From positions 1-56,023 of the forward strand of contig JAQTPC010000006.1 of NCBI GenBank assembly GCA_028713005.1: a DNA stretch of 56,023 nucleotides, in the 5' to 3' direction. The first letter of the stretch is position 1. Every line of letters begins with the position of its first letter. The position numbers and the translations under genes are program-made. Positions 52,872-56,023 of the stretch are shown piece after piece. The notes beneath the pieces are model-generated. The model worked only from the letters and a program-made list of their open reading frames with translations. It did no database searches and had not been told where the DNA came from. Source of the DNA: Minisyncoccota bacterium. Lineage in GTDB: Bacteria; Patescibacteriota; Minisyncoccia; Phycocordibacterales; PALSA-1337.

Positions 52872-53594
52872 CTATCGATTCAAATATGCCTTACGTCTAC
52901 TCTCTGGAAACTTCTCGATAGCATATCGAAGCGCCGTTCTCGGCATCATATGAGCATGAGTATTCAAAAAACGCATCAATACCAATTCATCACGCTTCCC
53001 CACTTCGCGGAGCATCCAACCAACTGCTTTATGCATGAGATCATGGCTATCTTTCAAAAGGAGTTCAGAAATCTTGATGGTATCTTTGAAATCGCCTGCT
53101 CGGATGAAAGCATATGTCGAAATGATAGAGATACGGCGCTCCCAGAGTTTTTTTGACTTCACAAACATGTAAAGAATGTCGCGATCATTATTAAGCAACC
53201 AATCACCAAGCATATATGGTGCTGTCGCATCCACTAAATCCCAGTTATTTATGTATTTTGTATTCTTTAAATAAAAAGCAATAATCTTTTCTTGAAGAGT
53301 TATATTGCCACACTTTTTTGCTTTCTCATATTGCATGACTAAGATCTCGAGGCCAGTAAGTCGGCATTCGTGAACTGGGTTCTGGATGAGCTTTGCTATC
53401 TCATTCAAATCTAATTCACTATATTTCTTTGCCACATTCCTCTGAATTGGCACTGTAACACCAAGAAATTTATCCCCTTCTCCATATTCACCCTTACCAG
53501 TTTTAAAGAAACCAGAGAGCACTTTTGCCTTGGCTGGCTTACCCAATTTACGCAACTCTTTTTCTACCTGAGCTGCAGTGATATCATTCGACAT
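52872..53594 (-). CDS. DNA alkylation repair protein (AlkD/AlkC-like HEAT-repeat glycosylase family)
   Basis: LRKLGKPAKAKVLSGFFKTGKGEYGEGDKFLGVTVPIQRNVAKKY...NWDLVD...WERRISI... is typical of the family. Confidence 0.85.
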   Translation of the reverse strand: MSNDITAAQVEKELRKLGKPAKAKVLSGFFKTGKGEYGEGDKFLGVTVPIQRNVAKKYSELDLNEIAKLIQNPVHECRLTGLEILVMQYEKAKKCGNITLQEKIIAFYLKNTKYINNWDLVDATAPYMLGDWLLNNDRDILYMFVKSKKLWERRISIISTYAFIRAGDFKDTIKISELLLKDSHDLMHKAVGWMLREVGKRDELVLMRFLNTHAHMMPRTALRYAIEKFPESRRKAYLNR

Positions 53595-53653
53595 ATATAA
53601 AAATAAACTAACTAATATTCAGTGGACATACAGTATACCTGACGAATACTTAT

Positions 53654-54154
53654 TTAACTAAGTTCTGCCAGCAAACTATCAACATCAAGTGGAATCGTCA
53701 CCATCTCTACCTCTCCATCATTCTTCACTTTCCACTCTTTGCGAGGTCGATCTGCATAAAGCTCGACACCGATACCATCAGGATCATTGAGATAGATCGC
53801 TTCTGATACACCGTGATCAGCCATACCGGTGAGCGGATACCCTGCATCCATTAGTCGCTTGAGTGCAGTAGCGAGCTCTTTCCTACTTGGGAAAAGAATA
53901 GCAAAATGATACAAACCACTATGGCCTGCCGGCGGCGGAACCGAACCTTTGCCAGCCCATGTATTGAGACCAATATGATGATGGTACCCTCCTGCTGAAA
54001 GAAAGACTGCGCTGTCACCATAACGTGTCGTCACTTCAAAGCCGAGAATATCACGATAGAATCCAAGTGAACGATCAAGGTCTGCTACAGTCAAATGAAC
54101 ATGTCCTATCATCGTCTCCGGGTGTGCTGTGTGCTTTTTTGCTTTATCTACCAT
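53654..54154 (-). CDS. VOC-family (glyoxalase/extradiol dioxygenase fold) protein
   Basis: IGHVHLTVADLDRSLGFYRDILGFE...HHIGLNTW...LYHFAILFP...GVSEAIYLNDPDGIGVELY. Confidence 0.85.
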   Translation of the reverse strand: MVDKAKKHTAHPETMIGHVHLTVADLDRSLGFYRDILGFEVTTRYGDSAVFLSAGGYHHHIGLNTWAGKGSVPPPAGHSGLYHFAILFPSRKELATALKRLMDAGYPLTGMADHGVSEAIYLNDPDGIGVELYADRPRKEWKVKNDGEVEMVTIPLDVDSLLAELS

Positions 54155-54181
54155 ACGTAGCCTGATTATATCACGAGACTG

Positions 54182-54209
54182 ATTGACAATATTTCTAAAA
54201 GTACTAGAT
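54182..54209 (+). promoter_or_regulatory. Promoter-like element (TTGACA, 16 nt, TAGATT) upstream of the tRNA-like gene
   Basis: Read directly. Confidence 0.4.
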
Positions 54210-54223
54210 TAGTAGTAGCAGAG

Positions 54224-54309
54224 TATGAGAGTAGCTCAGCCGGCTAGAGCGCCACGGATGCCAGCTACACATCGTGGAGGTCGCGAGTTCAAGTCCCGCC
54301 TCTCATACC
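54224..54309 (+). tRNA. Aberrant tRNA-like gene: normal acceptor, D and T arms but a 16-nt anticodon loop; CCA encoded
   Basis: ATGAGAG-TA-GCTC-AGCCGGCTA-GAGC-G-CCACG-[GATGCCAGCTACACAT]-CGTGG-AGGTC-GCGAG-TTCAAGT-CCCGC-CTCTCAT-A-CCA. It has an A1-U72 pair and one A-C mismatch in the T stem. I cannot assign an isotype. Confidence 0.55.
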
Positions 54310-54335
54310 AAAATTTGGTCATTACCTACAACGAA

Positions 54336-54363
54336 ACCCTGCGAATGTTCGCAGGGTTTTTTT
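54336..54363 (+). terminator. Strong intrinsic terminator after the tRNA-like gene
   Basis: CCCTGCGAA-tgt-TTCGCAGGG followed by TTTTTTT. Confidence 0.8.
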
Positions 54364-54370
54364 GTTTATA

Positions 54371-54730
54371 TTAATTCAAAGGTGCCGCATCTCTTTTTCT
54401 GCGCTCATCTGCCAAACGCTCATCCTCTTTCATTTGTTTGACCAGATCTTGTCCATCTCCATATCGCTGATCATTTTTTTCTTCTTGAACTCGATCCCAA
54501 TCCGCTTTCCATCCACCTGACTTGAGTTGCGAAGCAATACTTGGTATTGGAACAGTACTTTCTGTTTCAACTTCTTCAGGAGGTCTTTCGGTCCCGCCTT
54601 GGAATATCTCTACACCATCTACTGAAATATTTGGGCCAGCAGAATCACCCTTGAGTGCAGCACGCATCTGTTCAAATAATTTTGTACCCCTTTCTGGGTC
54701 GAGTGGTTTTGGTGCTGATTCGAATGTCAT
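54371..54730 (-). CDS. Hypothetical charged protein
   Basis: ATG 54730 (MTFESAPKP) is preferred over GTG 54766, which lies inside the tRNA-Leu 3' remnant. TATAAT lies 6 nt upstream of ATG 54730. Confidence 0.55.
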   Translation of the reverse strand: MTFESAPKPLDPERGTKLFEQMRAALKGDSAGPNISVDGVEIFQGGTERPPEEVETESTVPIPSIASQLKSGGWKADWDRVQEEKNDQRYGDGQDLVKQMKEDERLADERRKRDAAPLN

Positions 54731-54757
54731 GGCACTATTATAGTATAAAAATACCGT

Positions 54758-54779
54758 TGTGGTCACGGGGAGAGTCGAA
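54758..54779 (-). repeat. Partial copy (20 of 22 nt) of the 3' end of tRNA-Leu, 141 bp downstream of the gene
   Basis: tgtggtcacggggagagtcgaa aligns with tgtggtcacggggggactcgaa at 54899..54920. Confidence 0.85.
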
Positions 54780-54900
54780 GCTTACAGCTTCAGTACAGGT
54801 TTCGCATGGTGCTCGCTTTGCTCCGCGCTATATGCTCAACCTTTTCGAGTCCCCATCGCAAGGCATGCAGATGCCTTGCTTAGTAGTTAACTAACATGTG

Positions 54901-54983
54901 TGGTCACGGGGGGACTCGAACCCCCAATCCTGAAAGGAATACGCTTCTGAAGCGTACGTGTATACCAATTCCACCACGTGACC
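54901..54983 (-). tRNA. tRNA-Leu (CAG), type II with a long variable arm
   Basis: The reverse complement is GGTCACGTGGTGGAATTGGTATACACGTACGCTTCAGAAGCGTATTCCTTTCAGGATTGGGGGTTCGAGTCCCCCCGTGACCA, with anticodon loop TTCAGAA. CCA is not encoded. Confidence 0.9.
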
Positions 54984-55133
54984 AAATCACCTACTACAAG
55001 TCACTGGCGGTTAATACGCATAACAACCGTACGTGTATACCAATTCCACCACGTGACCAAATCACCTACTACAAGTCACTGGCGGTTAATACGCATAACA
55101 ACCGTACGTGTATACCAATTCCACCACGTGACC
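54953..55133 (-). repeat. 75-bp tandem repeat (two full units plus 31 nt); each unit is the 5' 31 nt of tRNA-Leu plus an identical 44-nt segment
   Basis: cgtacgtgtataccaattccaccacgtgacc occurs at 54953, 55028 and 55103. The spacer aaatcacctactacaagtcactggcggttaatacgcataacaac occurs at 54984 and 55059. Confidence 0.95.
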
Positions 55134-55235
55134 GTTCGACTACTATAGGTCAATTATAAAAAAGAGGCAAAGATTTGGATAAAAAATAAAGCGCTGGAAG
55201 GGATTGACCTTCACAGCGCGATAGATGTATCGTCA

Positions 55236-55439
55236 TTAGTGTGCCGCATGCCGAGCATAGCAGTAAACCAATGCGAGAGTGATTGGAAGAAAGATAGTCA
55301 ACAAGACGAGCAACTGCCCGTTGTCAGACAATCCACCGAACCACATCATCATTCTGACGAGCGCCGGCTTTTTCTTGCCGAGAAGCGCATCATTGTCAAC
55401 CGATTCGAATGGACTTGTTTCAGCCGATTTTGACTTCAT
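55236..55439 (-). CDS. Small membrane protein (67 aa)
   Basis: MKSKSAETSPFESVDNDALLGKKKPALVRMMMWFGGLSDNGQLLVLLTIFLPITLALVYCYARHAAH, trimmed from the 100-aa track ORF. Confidence 0.45.
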   Translation of the reverse strand: MKSKSAETSPFESVDNDALLGKKKPALVRMMMWFGGLSDNGQLLVLLTIFLPITLALVYCYARHAAH

Positions 55440-55731
55440 AGTTGTTCCTTTGACCGGGGTTTGCTTCGCTTTTCTTTCGAAAAGTGAGAAGCGTGTTTTT
55501 AATCTGCGGTTTTTTGTTGTGGTTGAAAGACAGCACATACTGTTTTCCTCCGTTATTTGATTGTTTTGCGCTGACGTTATGACAGCACAATGAACTGCGA
55601 AATCTAACTGACCAAATACTATCTTACCATATTAAAACACCCCTGTCAATACTACATCACACAGTGTACAAAGGTGCAAGTTTGTAACGAAATAATGCCA
55701 ATTTTGGGCCAAACAATAGGCAATTGTAGCC

Positions 55732-55760
55732 AAAGAAAAAACCACCTTCACAGGTGGTCT
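55732..55760 (-). terminator. Intrinsic terminator about 190 nt downstream of the 16S 3' end
   Basis: The minus strand reads ACCACCT-gtga-AGGTGGT followed by TTTTTTCTTT. Confidence 0.7.
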
Positions 55761-55949
55761 TTTCATATATAGCGCTCTTTATTTTGTTCCGTTCACCTAT
55801 GAGAGATTCAATTGAGATCTCCCATATTGTCCGGGAATCTTCCCCGGCTAAGTGCCACCATTTAGAGTTGTGTGGCAATCACTCATGCATCTTGCGAAGC
55901 ATATCGACATTTAAGTTAGTGACCCCGAAGGATCAAAAACGTTGTTTCT

Positions 55950-56023
55950 CTTGAAATATTCCACGAGCAGCTTCCGCTACCCGTGCCTTGTTACGACTTA
56001 CCCCCTGTCATCGAATTTACCGT
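55950..56023 (-). rRNA. 16S rRNA gene, 3'-terminal about 74 nt (the rest lies beyond the window edge)
   Basis: The reverse complement reads ...GATGACAGGGGGTAAGTCGTAACAAGGCACGGGTAGCGGAAGCTGCTCGTGGAATATTTC. This contains the universal AAGTCGTAACAAGG (1492R site) and helix 45 with a GGAA tetraloop. The mature 3' end is estimated, not determined. Confidence 0.85.

Noticed and set aside
54224-54309. Intron-containing tRNA (removing 9 nt to give a normal anticodon loop).
   Set aside because: No contiguous 9-nt deletion from GATGCCAGCTACACAT yields a 7-nt loop with U33 and a purine at 37. No bulge-helix-bulge is evident. It is therefore reported as aberrant or tRNA-like instead.
54780-54896. SRP RNA, tmRNA or a second tRNA between the hypothetical gene and tRNA-Leu.
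   Set aside because: No domain IV GGAA/AGCAGC-type motif and no tmRNA 5' GGGG...acceptor pairing. The 5' acceptor strand needed to pair with the CGTGACC remnant is absent.
54953-55133. CRISPR array (31-nt repeats separated by 44-nt spacers).
   Set aside because: The two spacers are identical. There are only three repeats, the repeat is the 5' part of a tRNA gene, and no cas genes or leader are present. This is a tandem duplication.
54896-55159. 87-aa plus-strand ORF with the repeated peptide RTCIPIPPRDQITYYKSLAVNTHNN.
   Set aside because: It is the antisense translation of tRNA-Leu plus the 75-bp tandem repeat. The periodic peptide simply mirrors the DNA repeat.
55560-55950. 23S rRNA, 5S rRNA or tRNA-Ile/Ala expected downstream of the 16S.
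   Set aside because: No 5S hallmarks (CCGAAC, GAAGUGAAAC, GAGAGUAGG), no tRNA cloverleaf and no 23S 5' sequence were seen. A strong terminator intervenes.

Overview
The window reads as a gene-dense, mostly minus-strand stretch of a small-genome bacterium. It uses the standard code: long ORFs read through cleanly and TGA acts as a stop, for example at 49559. A CPR/Patescibacteria-like origin is my inference only. It rests on giant repetitive surface proteins, many TM-anchored hypothetical proteins, a 16S gene unlinked from 23S, and the absence of Shine-Dalgarno sequences.

**Housekeeping content**
- gatB, and thrS preceded by a T-box leader.
- An msrA-msrB-TspO-NrnA-cyclophilin cluster.
- An ECF sigma module followed by a HlyD/ABC/FtsX (MacAB-like) exporter, plus a second inverted paralogous copy of that exporter.
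- NDH-2, a Zur-ZIP pair, lexA with an SOS box, and a DEAD-box helicase.
- A flavoprotein, a tRNA-binding protein, an AlkD-like protein and a VOC protein.
- tRNA-Phe, tRNA-Arg, tRNA-Leu, and the 3' end of a 16S rRNA gene at the right edge.

**Giant ORF missing from the track**
The supplied ORF track omits a giant ORF at 1..5998 on the minus strand (1999 codons or more) because it has no stop inside the window.

**Most interesting locus**
The best candidate for a new system lies at 28920..33257 on the minus strand. A roughly 190-nt RNA is closed by a 13-bp long-range helix and holds three internal hairpins. It sits 20 nt upstream of a reverse transcriptase. The RT reading frame overlaps a 6-TM ABC-like protein with a degenerate ATPase, and that protein overlaps a TM-anchored PLD/HKD protein.

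**Other notable items**
- Two paralogous promoter-to-terminator small-RNA units share a 20-nt core that is antisense to the stop region of an orphan MazF-like toxin.
- The 16S 3' tail lacks the CCUCC anti-SD, and -10-like hexamers lie 6-11 nt upstream of many start codons.
- A 75-bp tandem repeat reiterates the 5' 31 nt of tRNA-Leu.
- Duplicated tRNA 3' ends lie downstream of both tRNA-Phe and tRNA-Leu.
- One tRNA-like gene has a 16-nt anticodon loop.
- There are three perfect DnaA-box 9-mers and a C9 tract in a surface-protein promoter.

**Limits**
All calls come from reading the sequence and the supplied translations. No searches, folding or composition calculations were run. GC statements are by eye only.
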